Of a stretch of DNA of 64,000 nucleotides, positions 1-13,576 are shown one piece after another. Below the pieces are notes generated by a model. It saw only the letters and a list, made by a program, of their open reading frames with translations. It did not search any database and was not told the DNA's origin. The translations under genes were made by a program, and so were the position numbers. Source of the DNA: Lepidodermella squamata (lineage: Eukaryota; Animalia; Gastrotricha); NCBI GenBank assembly GCA_047495785.1, contig JBLDXI010000032.1, positions 1,860,001 through 1,924,000 of the forward strand, read 5' to 3'. Position 1 is the first letter of the stretch. Each line of letters opens with the position of its first letter.

Positions 1-773
1 AACTCATTCACGGTGTGAACATAGTGAAAAGGAACCTTTCATGTATTTTTTCGCGCTTGCCGTAAGCTTTGCTTTTCATGACCTCCGGCGAGACTCGGGC
101 CATCATGTTTTTTGAATAGATTTGAAAGTCTCAACTCGCACCGCCCAAGTGATTCAAAGCATAAAAAGGCCACTGTCAATGGTGTTGCGTAGCAAGTACT
201 TGACGACGAACACTGATAAAAGCTACAGAAGCATTTTCCTAATTAATCTAAAGAGAAATATCTCATGCCCACATTTTTACAATCACCGATATATCATTGA
301 TAAATGCACAAATACGGCGTCACTGTCTGCTTCGAAAATATATATACTCTTGAATGATGTCTCAAGTCGGATGAAGATACGATATCCCTATGAATATATT
401 TTCTGCTGTAGGAGCCAATAGCTATTGGTAGCTGACGGCTTGATGCTCGTCATGTACTCGAATTTTTCTTCAAAGCGTGGCGATTTGGAATAGATCGATC
501 TTTATTGTAGCTTCGAATAAACGATACAACGCGCATGCATTTTGGCGCCTTATTGTGGAAGTATGTTCCGCCGGTCGCAACTATATGGCTCCTTAGCAAC
601 GAATCGATTATTTGCACCTGTATGCTAAATACCACCTCATATATATTTTGTATTGTGGGTCGGGCGAACAAAATGACGTGTTATAGCTGCAAAATACTAC
701 GACTATAGGCTAACATAATTACTAAACATTTGAAATTTAGATTATTTTGCTAAGCTAATTTGTAACTTCTGGA

Positions 774-3700
774 ATGTACCCGCAAACGGGATCCCAGAAC
801 CAGATGTTCCCCAGCGTGGTCGAAATTGTGATTGTTCGACCCGTTGGGGGTGTCCACCCGAGACTCTATCCGAAAAGCCAGAATCACAACAGTCGACAAA
901 TTTTGCTGCCAACCGAAGGTGGTGCGACTATTCGCAGCAAGCAACAGCCTCAGCAGTCCCAGCTACCACCGTTAGGATCACAGGCCACAGGAAACCAAGG
1001 AGGGCCCTCGCTATCTAATGCTGGGCTACCGATGATCATTATCAGAGGATCGGACGGTAGAGTTATCCCAACCGACACAATTTGGCAAAGGTTGCTCGCT
1101 CTGGCTAGAATGCGTGTTAGCACAGGTAAAAATATAATAAGGCGGAATGATTATTTGCGCTGATAATTTTATAGGAATGCCACTTACGAACGCCGAAGAT
1201 TGGCGCTTGCCACATGTTCACGCTCCAGCTAAGCCCGATTATTCAAGGTTTATGCCTTTTACTTTGAGAAGATACTACACGTCAAGCGGGCTAACAGTTC
1301 GAACTGGCCACCACCCGGTATGCTATGAGATCCACTGCTACGTTTTCCTTAAATTATACTTATCATAGGGCTGGCCGACCTATTTGACTTCAATGACTCC
1401 GTCAATGAGTGGCATGCAACGTGTCCATCAACAACAGCTACAACAGCACCAGATGATTCAACAGCGAAAGCAATTGGAAATGCAGTTACAGCAACAGCAG
1501 CAACAACAACAAGATGGCCAAGTTACACAGTCCGTGCCATCCCTGGGCACTGGGAACAAATATTGGCCTATGGAAACCAGTTTTCACATAACAGCGCCCG
1601 GTCGTTCTCAGACTTACGCAAATCAGACATATTTCCGAACTCCAGAGGATCGCCGTATCGACACGGGCGTCCCTGCATTCACGCGAGGAAAAGAGCTAAC
1701 CCCAGAGTTTTCATACGGTGTGAAAGGTTATTGGCCAAGGCTCTGTTACGGTTGTCAACGTCAAAATACACCTCAGTAAGTTGTAGCTAAAATAGGGAAA
1801 TTTTATGCTGAATTTTACCTGCTGGTAGTTTCCATTTCGCCAAGACGATTAGAACCGGTGGTGGTTTTACTTACGTCAAGCGAGACATTCCTCGTTTAAC
1901 GAACGCCTCTAACAATCCGCTTCATTGGTACGTTGTTGGACCGCCGTCCCGCATGCAAAAGGACTACATCAGACGAAATCGCAAGTCTGCTGTCGTGCCG
2001 TCAATGCGGAAATTTCCTCCAAAGCTGCGTCGGCAGAAGACGACGGCGAGCAGCCAACCTACTGCCGAATCAGTTAAATTCGCATCTGTGGCCGAAGTTG
2101 TTGAAATTCCCTCAGAAGTTGAAGACGCTGCAACTAGCGATGAGGATGATGAGGACGAAGAAATCGCTGAAATCATTGCACACGGCACTGAGGGTGAGCT
2201 GCTTGGCGCGGGTGAGAGCCCTGGTATTCTCGCCGACAGCTTGGAGAAAGAGAACAACAAAACTGATTTATCACTTAATCTAAATACGGATAGACGGTCT
2301 TCGTTCCAAGCATGGTCTGAAGAACCGACCGAACCTTCAAAGGATGACGAAATGGAGCAACCCCCAGCCGCCATTGTGCTTGTGGTTCAGCATACTCCTG
2401 AATCTGGAGCCTTGGACATCGAAAGGATGTCCAGAGCGGGTAGCCGTAAAGACAGCCGTCACCCGAGCCGAGAATTCGACCCCAACTTCAGCGCCGACAC
2501 AACTGGGCTGAACAGCGCTCGAGATCCTCCAACGGCGACCGAATCTTTGGAATTCGTTTCCGGGCTTCAAAGCAGTGCTTTTCTGGAAAGTCAAAGAACA
2601 GAGTTTGATACGACTCTAACAACACCGGGCGTCGCTCCTTTGGAGCAAATTCCGTCTGTTCCAGTCTCCGCAAGATCAATCTCTCCACCAATTACCCCAG
2701 CTAAAAAGCCAAAGCATTCCAGGGGCTCAGTTGGTATGTTTCTAATTACTACTTAGCTTATAAGACTTACGCAAATTATGTGGGAAATGAATTTTTATTG
2801 AACAACTTGAATTGAAGTCGACCAGGACTTATTCGCTGACGGATACAGAACTCCTAAACATACTCGCTTCGGGTCGATTTTAACGACCCCGCGAGGGCTT
2901 GTTCGTTCCAGAACTCGTGAGTTGTAGTATCCCATAAAGTAGATCCGTTTAGTTCAAACATGTTAATCGTTAATTCAGCGCCAATTTATAGAAGCGTTAT
3001 CATATAATTTCCAGCGAGTGCTAATTTTAATTTTAAAATTCCCCAAAATACTTGCAAACACTCGAACATCGTACAGAAAGCGCTACAATGTCTCGAGAAG
3101 ACCGAAGTTTCATCACACCACCTCCTGTCAGTATGAGCGCGATCGGCAGCTATGACGATGCTCAGGTGCCTCTGGCTCATTTGATTGACATAACCATCCC
3201 GAACCCTGACTCTGGCTCTCGCGATACATCATCTACCGAATTACCCCAGATATTTTCTCAAAACGAGAGTGTTAACCCTGAAATTTCTAGCGAGCTGAGC
3301 TACGCCAGCAACAGATCGCAAGCACTACCTGTTATTGCACACTCCCCGACATCGATTGTCGCAGTTGCCCCAGAACCTTCTTCAGTTTCGACTGGTCTGC
3401 CTCAGTTAACAAGACGATCGTCCGTCGTATCTACTACTACGACGATGAAGTCAGCTGCTGGATCGGGGAAATCAGCGAAAGGTTTAACGCTTGTGGAAGC
3501 GCGGTCTTGTATTAGACGTGTTGATTCTGCGTGGTCTCTTCTTATCTTGGCGTTTTAAAGATCTATTTTATTTAATTTTATCTTTTTGGTACTATAAATA
3601 ATTGAATTTTCTGATATAAAACGGCCTTTCTTAATTCCCGTCTTAAGAGCCCCTGAAACTAGACTCGCCGCCATTGATGCCCAGCCCACCCCCTCCTCCA

Positions 3701-6700
3701 GTTCAAGAGCTGCCTGTTCTGCCACCAATTCCACCAGAACCTGAGCCTGTCTTGCCACCAATTCCTAGCGTGTCAGTTTCTGAATCGGCAACAATACCTG
3801 CCTCGCCATCTCGTGGTACGTCAGTTGTCCCGCAAGAAGAAGAAGACGAGCTTCCTGGGATGGACATCGACAAATTTCTTTCCGAGAGCGCGCCGCCTTT
3901 ACCATCTCTTCTGGGATCGCCCGAATTGGTGAAAGAGCAACAAACGCCACCTGCAATTACAAACAAAGCCCAGGCTATAACACCAGGGCCGATTCAAGCT
4001 TTTGATACATGGGCTCCTAAAACTATCATAGAAGACTCCCAACCACCGTCTAATGCCGAGATACCTTCTGCTAATGATCATTCCAGCGAGATCTCATCAA
4101 TAACTACTCCGATTCCACGACAGCAGTCTGTACCACCCCGCTCAGCTATCAGCAGTGAATCTTCTAAACAAGCTCGACAAGCGAATCCTCCAAGAGTTAG
4201 AATTGCCGAAGGTTCTCGCGGTTCGCCGTCTCCAACTTGGAAAGCGAAATCGCCCGGCAGCGGCTCGTCAACTCGTGCTCCAAGTCAACCACAGATATCT
4301 GGTACTCATCGATGTTGTACACCCCTTCAACCCACCTTATTCAACCCTTATAACCCACTTTTCCAAGTGCAATCACGTTTTGTGTTGCCAGTTAACCCAG
4401 AAACAACCCACAGAACTGCTAAGTTTCCGCTATTATCTCAGTATGCTTTTCTAAGCTTTAAATTTCACAAAGCACTGCTAACCTTCATTCTTACTACTTT
4501 TCCTCATTAATTGAAGCACATAACGCACGTTTAGCTGCATAACATCTTATGTTCCCCTGATTAACAATTTTCCTTGCATCTTTCTCACAGAGACTCCAAT
4601 CACTGCTGAGTCGAAGCCTGAAAGTGCAACACCTGTGCGACGCCCGATGGAAGAAGAATTCGTTCCATTCGTGAAACGCGAGGTCGAATACAAGCCGCTA
4701 CAACATTTCGAAGCTCGAGAGGTCGAACATCACCCAGCCTCTCCGCTGAGGTCAGCTTCTAAAGTAGTGCCCCGCCCTCGACCCGCAGTTTCTTCTGAGG
4801 ATCTAAAAACGCCGCCCGAGCTGGTATAGTTTTGAAGAGGATGTTTGTGACCAATGAATACGCGTTTACGTTTTTGAAGGTTCAAGCTCCCCCTCCACCT
4901 CCTCCGCAACAGGTTGTGAAAGAAGTTGCCGCAAAACTGTAAGAATCCAATTAAACCATTTTGAGAATTTCGCCTATATATGCCCTTTTCTACCGCAGTA
5001 AAGAGGACAAGCCGACACCAAAGGCAAAAGAAAAACCACGTGAGTTGAAAACAAGAATTTCGCCGGTGGAAGAATGTAGAGCGGTCCATTTTTTATTTCT
5101 TTTTCGCACTTGCACTCTGCTCTAATTCAGCTTTTAAAGTGTCTTTTTCGCAGCTCTTGGAGACGCGCTCATTATATTCTTTTCATCTCAATGGATTCTT
5201 CAAGAATGCTACGCGATTATTGATATAGATATTTTAGCACGCGAGGTGTTGCACGTTTATTTTATCGCCGGTTATAGCGGTTGTCTAAACATTAATATTG
5301 CATTTTTTGAGTCGCACCTGCTGTCTCTTGGTGAATTTTTTTAAGCCGGCTCTCCCCCTGGGCTTGATTGCGTTCTAAGATGGCGAAATTGCGTGTATCT
5401 TAATAATTCAACAGTCTTGTTGTGCATGTTTTATTACTTTTCAAGCAATTTATTGTTTCATGTAATATAAACGCATATAGAGCCCAAGCCGAAGGAACCC
5501 AAGGAGCCGAAGCCAAAACCGATAAAGGAGACTAAAGTTAAGGAACCGAAAGAGCCTAAGGAACCACCACCGCCACCACCTCCACCTGTCGAGCCAGAAC
5601 CAACGTCAACTGACCTTGTGCCTCCGACTTCATCAGAGGACAACAAAAAGTCGAAGAAATTCCACACTAAGAAAACTAAGGTAATTAATGCATGATATGA
5701 AGGTGGAATGTTTTCCATCTTTGGAATGTTTATAGATCGCACCAACACCAACTATTATCGCACCACCTGAGACTGAATCTGTGCCTCCACCTACTGCTGC
5801 CAGTTCTCAACCCTTACCAACTGTTGAAGAGCTCACAGATCGCGGGCTCTCAGGAATGTCTGTTGAACCACCCCCAGTCCTTCCTCCGATTACAAAGACA
5901 CCTTCGGTCATACCCGAAAATACTGATAACCGACAGCCCAGCCGAGCTGCTACTGAAGCAAGTGTATGTAGTGACTCAGTAGTGTCTTGCCTTTAGCTGT
6001 AGATTGTTCTTTCCCCGTCTGTCTATAGGATGCTGGTAGTGGTGGACCTGATTTCATCTACGTGGATGATGAAGTAGTAAAACTGAAACTAAAAGTTAGA
6101 ATTTCATGTTTATTCCGTGCGCTCTAGGATGATGGATACGACGACGAATACGGACCTGAAGGTGCCACTGCAGTCGGTGGCGTCGTCGAAATCGATGCCA
6201 GCGGGAAACCGAAGTTACAACGAGCCCAAGTACAGCGCAAGTCCAAAAAGGCTCTGGGGCTAGAGTAAGTTTCCCATTCACATGTTTCGATTAATGTTCA
6301 TGAATAATGCCTGCAAAAGTTTGTGGAGGTAGGAAAACATGAAACCTCTTGCGACCCCTTCTAGATACGTAACTTTAATTTGAAACCTGGTAGAATCCCA
6401 TTCTGAAATATTAGAACCAACTGCAGAGCTGAACCATTATTCAAACCCATTAATTATTAGGTTTTGTAGAACCCGCGGAAAGCTGAATTAGCCTCAAACA
6501 ATATTGGTGTTTCGTTTAAAATTCGCCTCCATTTTTTACCGAAATTTTTTTCACAATGTTCTCCCATTTCACGACTGTAGCGATACTGAGGATCAATTGC
6601 AAAGGTAAGGCCTTCTTATCGACCAATCCACATCGTTTTCCGCTATGCCCATTTTGTTACGAAAGGCGCGTGTAACGCGCGCTTAAAATATCTCGCTGAG

Positions 6701-8512
6701 TTGCAATCGCTTTTCTCGCTTTGATGTGTTACGTTTTGAATATAAACTCGAACGCTTACTCATGTACCGGGACATCAGAAATCGCATTGACTCGACTACA
6801 GCTATTTGTGCAGTATCGCTGGATACAACAACTCGATAGTAGTATTAGCTCTCCGGAGTTGTGTTGCTTTTTCCCTGTTGCCTCAAGAATTTGTGTCGTG
6901 TCGGACGACGCTCATTATTTTTTGTGTTTGACATAGGCGGATGCGAAAGGTGCGCCTCGATGCCAAAGGCCAACCTTTGCCTGCCACAGCCGAAACGGAC
7001 GATGATGACCCGCGTGGAGGCGGCGATGCACTTGATTTGCTGGCTAAATACTGCATCATTCAGTGCGAAGATTCACTTGTACTTCAGACTAAATTAACAA
7101 CATTCCCATTTCAGTTTAAGCCGTATTCCAGTCTACGAAGGCGTTTTTAGAGCGACAGTCCAGCGACAACGGTACAAATACGAATCCATCGGCGGAATGG
7201 ATACTCACAACGATGACACGCCGGGCGGTGGCTTGGGATTTCCAGTTCATCTAGCTGCCCAGGTTCAAATGGACTTGGTTCACAAACCAGTCGGAGGATG
7301 TCGCGATTATTCAGTAAGAAAAATGTATAATTCCGCTTTTAACTTACGCAAAATGGTGACTTTTAGTGGGAGAGCGTTGGCGATCATCAGCTGGATCGGG
7401 TTGACTTTGAAATAACCGAATTGATGAAACGCCAAGTCGACATACAATCTGAGCTGAAAGCCCTGCGCGAGATGCATGCGGAAAAAATTGCGACCATCGC
7501 TCGCGTCGATTACGCCATAGATCCCTCAACTCTGAAAAACGAACGAAAAGGCAAGAAGGGCAAGGGAAAGAAAGGCAAGGCGAAGGTAAGTGCTGATCCG
7601 GAACGGAGCGTCGTGAACGATAGTGGTGGCGAAGAGCTACCTGGGAGTGCGAAGGGCACGCAGACCGATATGATGGTTGGCAATGTTCGCCTACATGATG
7701 ATAGCGATCAGCCTCACATTGACTCTAACGCTCAATTTGTCTCCATGTTACCAGCCAAAATAATGTCCTTGATTTCCGAGAAGCCAGAAATCGCCGCACT
7801 TCATGCGAAGATTGAGGTAACGCGCGAACGCTCACGAATGTTGGAACAGCGCCTCCAAGCGATTTTGCCGCAACGTTCGGTGATGTTTGATGTTTGCCGC
7901 GACTTGTACCACGCTGCCCAAACCTCGAACGCTAAACCGCCGATTTACATGCGACGCCAATCCGCCCGCTTCAGGGCGCTTCATCCGACACCTGATCGCG
8001 AAATGAATATCGAGGACCTGCCAGATGCGCTACGCCAGATTAATAACAACATCACAAAGCAGGAATATGATTTCATCTCTATGGTTTTGCAGCTGCCACG
8101 AAGGCAGCGGATAAATCTAAAGCTTTTCTCCGCAATTTGCGCACTGAGTGAAAAAGTTTCTCAACTAGAGCCGTTACTGCGGGGTCTCATGAACAAAATT
8201 GACGTCGATGCGCTGCATTGGAAAATGGAACGAGCGCAAATTTTGTTCGCCCTGCTCGCTGAACAATCGCCTGGAGCTCATCCGGGGACGATTCCAACGG
8301 AAATGCTGTTTGTCGAGCTGAGAGCTGGAGGTCTTTCAGAAGAGCATGCGATGTATTGCATCCAGAAATTTGACCGTGATAACCTAGGCTACATTAGCTT
8401 TCTTGATTTCCTCATTTTCCTTCCTCTTTACGTTATCATTCATGAGAATGTTCTAAACAACCCACTGTATGACGCACCCGATTTTTTCAATCAACCCATT
8501 GCAGCACGGTGA
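774..8512 (+). CDS. Large multi-exon protein: Gln/Pro-rich low-complexity N-terminus and centre, helical C-terminus with EF-hand-like motifs; function unknown
   Basis: + strand ORFs 774, 1147, 1384, 1953, 3674, 4635, 5781, 6941 and 7421 are separated by short GT-AG introns (e.g. 1126-1174). There is a polyQ tract near 1430-1512 and PKE/polyPro repeats near 5480-5590. The last exon has an EF-hand-like loop (KFDRDNLGYISFLDFL). The central exons are not fully resolved, so this could be two genes. Confidence 0.6.
1430..1512 (+). repeat. Imperfect CAA/CAG trinucleotide tract encoding polyglutamine
   Basis: caacaacagctacaacagcac...cagcaacagcagcaacaacaacaa, within ORF 1384-1779. Confidence 0.85.
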
Positions 8513-8735
8513 TATTTTCTATCGAATCAAACCCTAGGTATATAAACACGTCCCTTCACGATCATTTAACATTTATTACTCAACGTATTAACCAGTGCAA
8601 TTTCAGGTTATTTTCGCACAAAGCTTGATGTTATGTTACATTATAATAGTATGCTTTCTCAGAAAATCAGAAAAATTACATTGAACAATAAAACAGAATT
8701 GTCAAAAAGGTTCGACTGTCATGATTTTCGTTCAT

Positions 8736-11700
8736 TCACAGCTTGAACTGGGCAGTAGAGATCATTTGGTCACGTTTTTCGCAGGCATAAATCCAAGCGT
8801 AATGTACAGTCGTTGCTCCTGAATACGCCGCAATCTGTCATTCAGAGAATAAATATAAAACAGACTTGACAAAAGAAAATAAAAAATTAGAAAAATATAA
8901 AAAATTAGCGCATCTTAGTCGTATTAGTTGAGAAATATTTCGTTTAAATTATAAAAACATATAAAGGACACCCTAAATTCAAGATTCCAATAAAAATCCT
9001 CCTAAAGTTCTTCCTAGTCTGGAATTTTTTTAACATAATGCCGAATAGGTACATAGAATAACAATTAGAATAAGAATAAAGTGAGCCGTCAGTTTAGGAA
9101 TTCATTAGGATTTTCTATATTTCTCAGCCCTAGCCAATATCGATTCCAATTATCGATTTTACAAATCAGTGATTTTTCCGATACCAGAAGTCTTGGAAGT
9201 CCATATTGAAAATGTTTCTATCTACCATTTAGTTGATGGTCCCAGGTACCTAAAAACATATAACCAAAGGAGGGCATGAAGGGCAAAGGATCGATCAGGA
9301 AAAAAATCGCAAAAAAATCTGTCCGAAAGTTGTTGGAACCTCAAGTTAATTAGTGCAAATATCTTGACTAAATTTCAATGTCCTTACCTTGTCAACGCTT
9401 TCTTGAGGCAGGTCAGACTTATCGACAATGAAGTAGCAATTATCGCTTGGAGCAGCTAAAATATCGCCCCCAAATCGTTTGATTACGTCTTCGATATGGC
9501 TCAAAGCTCGGCAGTCTTTCGGCAAAAAAGCGAGGGAAAACTTGACGTTCGAGAACGGCCCGTCATTTGTCGCATTTTGCTTGTTATCAGCTTCCTTAAT
9601 CGTAAGCTCAGGAGCTGAATGAACGCTGCTTTCATCGTCTGAAGGCTGTTTCGTCGCTTGACGCTTGAAGTAATAGACAAAAGGCTGGGCCGAGCCGTGG
9701 CAAAACCACTTTCTAACAAGCCGCTCAACACCGTACCAACGAGCAGCCAAAGGACCTCGTCCAATTCTCGGGAAATGAATCGAGTAAACCACTGAGGAAT
9801 CGCTACTTTCGATGAAGTGCTTCAATCGGCGAAAAACTGTCTCGACGTTAGTTAGTTCAATAGGTTTTTGTTCCCCAGACGGCTTGCGATGCTGGCAAAC
9901 CATCAAAGCCAGAGAAATCTGGATATTTGCATCATCGCCAAGGCCTGTAATCAAATGAAGATCGCCGACATTCAAATCTTTCGCCTCGCTTGAAAGTTCG
10001 TATAAGCGACACGGTTCATCCCCGAGCGACGTGTCGATGGCCGAAAACACGCCGCCGCTACCCCAAGAGCCGCAGTCATCGACCCAGGCGCATACGATAG
10101 CATGGTTTTTGACGTTAGGAACAACGTGATCTTGCGGTTTCGTCACATCGCCGACTACAAAACGAATCGCTCCGGTTGTATTTTTCGATTCCTCGTCTTC
10201 ATCCTGATCCATGTCGAGCGGGTCGACAGGGGTGTTGACGTTATCAGGCAACGGGAGGTTGAGACTCGTGTAACTCAAGCGTTGCCATAGCTTTTCCTTT
10301 GCTTGAGCGCGACGAATTGCTGGGTCAACCTTCGGAGCAGCCTACAAATAAAAAATAGGTATAATTGAGATTAAATTGATTAAGGTGGTAGGACCTTTCG
10401 AGGCTTCGATTCGCGCATGTCTTCATCTGCCAGCATTTCATCGGCCAAAAAAACGGTTTTCTTGCTTTTTCGCTTTCCCTCAGGTAACAGGTCCAAATCG
10501 CTCGATTTTTTCTTGGCGTTTTCTTCAGCTCTCAACTGCTCAGCCTCAACTTTAAGCCGTTCAACGAGGGGAGCAGTTAAATCATCGGTTGTTAAATCTC
10601 CAGCTTCTTTTTCAGCCTCTGCCTCGGCTAGCATGGCTTCTGGGACGTTTTTGTCCTCGTCAGATGACGTCCAGCAGCCATCCTTATTAGTCCGGCCTAA
10701 TATTGCCTCAAAATCGACAGTTGCATCGTCACTTTTATCGTCATCGAATAATTTATCCAATCCGATACGTAGGACTTCTTTCCACCACGTTTTCGATTCG
10801 AAACCAGGCAGTGATCCCGGGGCTGGTTCGGATGATGCCCCGCCAACAACAGCTTCACTCAAACACATTTTAGCCGATTGCCGCCTTAATATATTCTCTT
10901 CAACGGTATGCCGAGAAACAAAACGGATGACTTTGACCTAGAAAAAAATAATATTACTAACAGAGGCTGAGAAAACTCAACTCACAGCTTTTGTTTGACC
11001 GATACGGTGAGCTCTTGCGATAGCTTGAAGGTCATTCTGCGGGTTCATGTCCGAGTCGAACAAAATTACGGTATCAGCTGAGACGAGATTGAGACCAACC
11101 CCGCCAGCCCGAGTCGATAGTAGAAAAACGAACGAAGATTTGTCTTTTCGAGCGAAATTACTGACGGCCAAATATCGCTCTTCGCCTCGGACAGAGCCAT
11201 CAAGACGTTCGTATTGATAATTGCGATAAGTTAGGTAGTCTTGAAGTATGTCAAGCATATGCGTCATTTGACTGAAAACTAGGACTTTATGGCCTAGAGG
11301 CTTAAGATAGGCCAATAGCTGGTCCAACACGACAAGTTTTCCACTCGCTGTTGCCAAATGCTCACCCGCTTCAAATGGCTCAGGTTCAACCCCTGAAAGT
11401 TTAGAATATTAAATCCAGCTTAATGAAACATGAAGAGACAAACCGTCGAAAAGGTAAGGGTGATCAACGCATTTTCGGAGACAAACCAGCGCGTTTTGAA
11501 CGTTATTTCGAGATGTTTTGATTGCCCCGGTTAGAGCTTCGATATTTCTCGCTAGGATCGATCGGTACAACTTCTTCTGAACTTGAGTCAAGTTGACATA
11601 AAGATGAACTACGCCTCGCGACGGTAAATTCGGCTCAACTTCAGATTTCAACCTTCGAATGATGTACGGCGCGATTTCTTGTTGAAGTTGCCGCTGAAGC

Positions 11701-12560
11701 GCCGTATCACTGACTAGATTAGCGTATTTGCAAATGAACGAGTCGGTTTGCGATGGCGGAAATCTCGTCGGCGCTGCAAGGCTAAGAAGCGCGTAAAGCT
11801 CGCGAACATTATTTTGTACCGGAGTTCCAGTCATCAGTATGCACGAGTGGCGGGTCAGGCTTTTGCAAATTTTGTACAATGCGCTCTCGGCATTTTTCAC
11901 GCGTTGAGCTTCGTCGAAAATTAAGGCGGAGTAAGACAGCAAAACAAAAAATTCCTCGTCATTTATCAGCAGCTCAGGGGTGCATAGAATCACCATTTTC
12001 GATTTCCCGGAGCCTGAACGTTTCAAGTCGGCCGAAATTCGGTCTTGCAATATGGGCCGCTCTTCTTTTGAGCCAGTATACACTCGAAGATCAAGCTTAG
12101 GACCCCACCTAAAAGCTGAGATGGTACAAGCAAACTGTCGGAGTAATTTCTCACATTTTGAATTCATCCTGCCAATTTTTGAAAACACTCAGAGGTACGA
12201 TAACCAGCGATGGACGGCTGACATCAGCGACACAATGCACGTATTTCAGCAAGTGAATAGTCTAATCAAAAAGGTTCAATTAGGTTGGAGATTTAGACAA
12301 AAACTGCATACTTGGCATGTTTTTCCCAGTCCCATATCGTCACAGATTAAACCACCATCGCCAGATCCTCGCAGCCAAGTGTTAACTAGCCAATTAATGC
12401 CCTCCTTTTGGTAGTCTCTCAGCGTTAGTCCATCTTAAAATAAATTTTGCTTCTTCCATTTCGTGGAAAATAAAAGCTATCCCACACCTTTTCCATAGTC
12501 GCAAGAGACGAGGTCAACAAAATTCTCCTTCGATTCGCCACTATGCTTAGCTGACGCCAT
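8736..12560 (-). CDS. CHD1L: CHD1L/ALC1 SNF2-family chromatin remodeller: SNF2 ATPase, helicase C domain, macrodomain and a C-terminal BRCT-like domain
   Basis: Motifs in order: [87 protein letters not shown]; macrodomain [43 protein letters not shown] at 12560. Last intron 8835-9387; terminal exon reads [32 protein letters not shown]. Confidence 0.93.
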
Positions 12561-12691
12561 ATATTACGAAAAGTCTACACATGCGAAAAAACAAGCATAG
12601 ATAGAAATGCAAGCTTTTATTCAAGACACGTGAACACAAGGGAAGGCAGCAGACTAAATAATATCAGGAAAAAATATAACAAAAGTCCAGC

Positions 12692-13034
12692 TTAAAAAAC
12701 GCATTTCTGTGAGCGCATAAAATCGTCGATGATTTTCCGCCAATCGGGGCCAATGCAAACAGATGGATGGCAATTTCCGAAGGAAAATTTACATGGCGGT
12801 AGAGTTACAGCGGAATCGCTCGCTGAAAACAGAAGCAATTCAGGAAATTGTCACTAAATAATTAAATTGCTCACGTTTTGCGCGATGAAGTGGGTAATTG
12901 AGCGCTTCATAAAGAGGCGCAGCTAGAACTAAAAAAAATAAAAAAATAAAATTTCTTGAATGTAAAAAAATGAAGGACCGACCTGTTTGATGCATCAACA
13001 GAAGTGAAAAAGAAATCGCAGCGGCAAGGAGCAT
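12692..13034 (-). CDS. Small secreted Cys-rich peptide precursor, 78 aa, 3 exons (13034-12983, 12928-12875, 12822-12692)
   Basis: Two phase-1 GT-AG introns (54 and 52 bp) splice in frame to MLLAAAISFSLLLMHQTVLAAPLYEALNYPLHRAKPSDSAVTLPPCKFSFGNCHPSVCIGPDWRKIIDDFMRSQKCVF*. Hydrophobic signal-like N-terminus; AATAAA on the - strand near 12620. Confidence 0.72.
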
Positions 13035-13576
13035 TTCGAAAAAATCGGTTTGTTTTTCAATTCGTAGAGTGCGTTTCAGTTTTCTAGCAGCTCATATATT
13101 ATAGGTCCAAAGGCCATTACCGTGCTGCGCTAACAATTGCACCGCAACTGCCCGCTAGAGTTGTCATTCAACAACAACAGGAAACCATGTACACGTTGAT
13201 GCGCTAATTTTAATTTCAAGGTGGCTCGTAAACAGAACTGCCAGTACATTTCGCAGCGATGACCATCAGCCGCCCAGTCACATGGTGTCTCATTTGTAAT
13301 ATATAATTCGCACTAATTAAAAACCAGACAATATGGTTAGGAACAGCAATAAAACCCATCATTTGAGATATTCAATACGTTTTTCAATATAAATTAGTGA
13401 CACGCTACAATTTACGATGGGTAATAGCACTAAGAGACACTTGTTTTTGAGCAATCTGACTTTGAGCAAAATGAAAATTTGAAACATCCATATATCACAT
13501 AAATCTGATGAATAGTTGTAATTGCTTTGAAAGAAAGAAAATAGAAGACATAAATAGGACGTAGAAATTTCAAATT

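Noticed and set aside
1-770. ORFs 122-421 (+) and 450-671 (-)
   Set aside because: Non-ATG starts, no motifs and no convincing splice structure; treated as non-coding.
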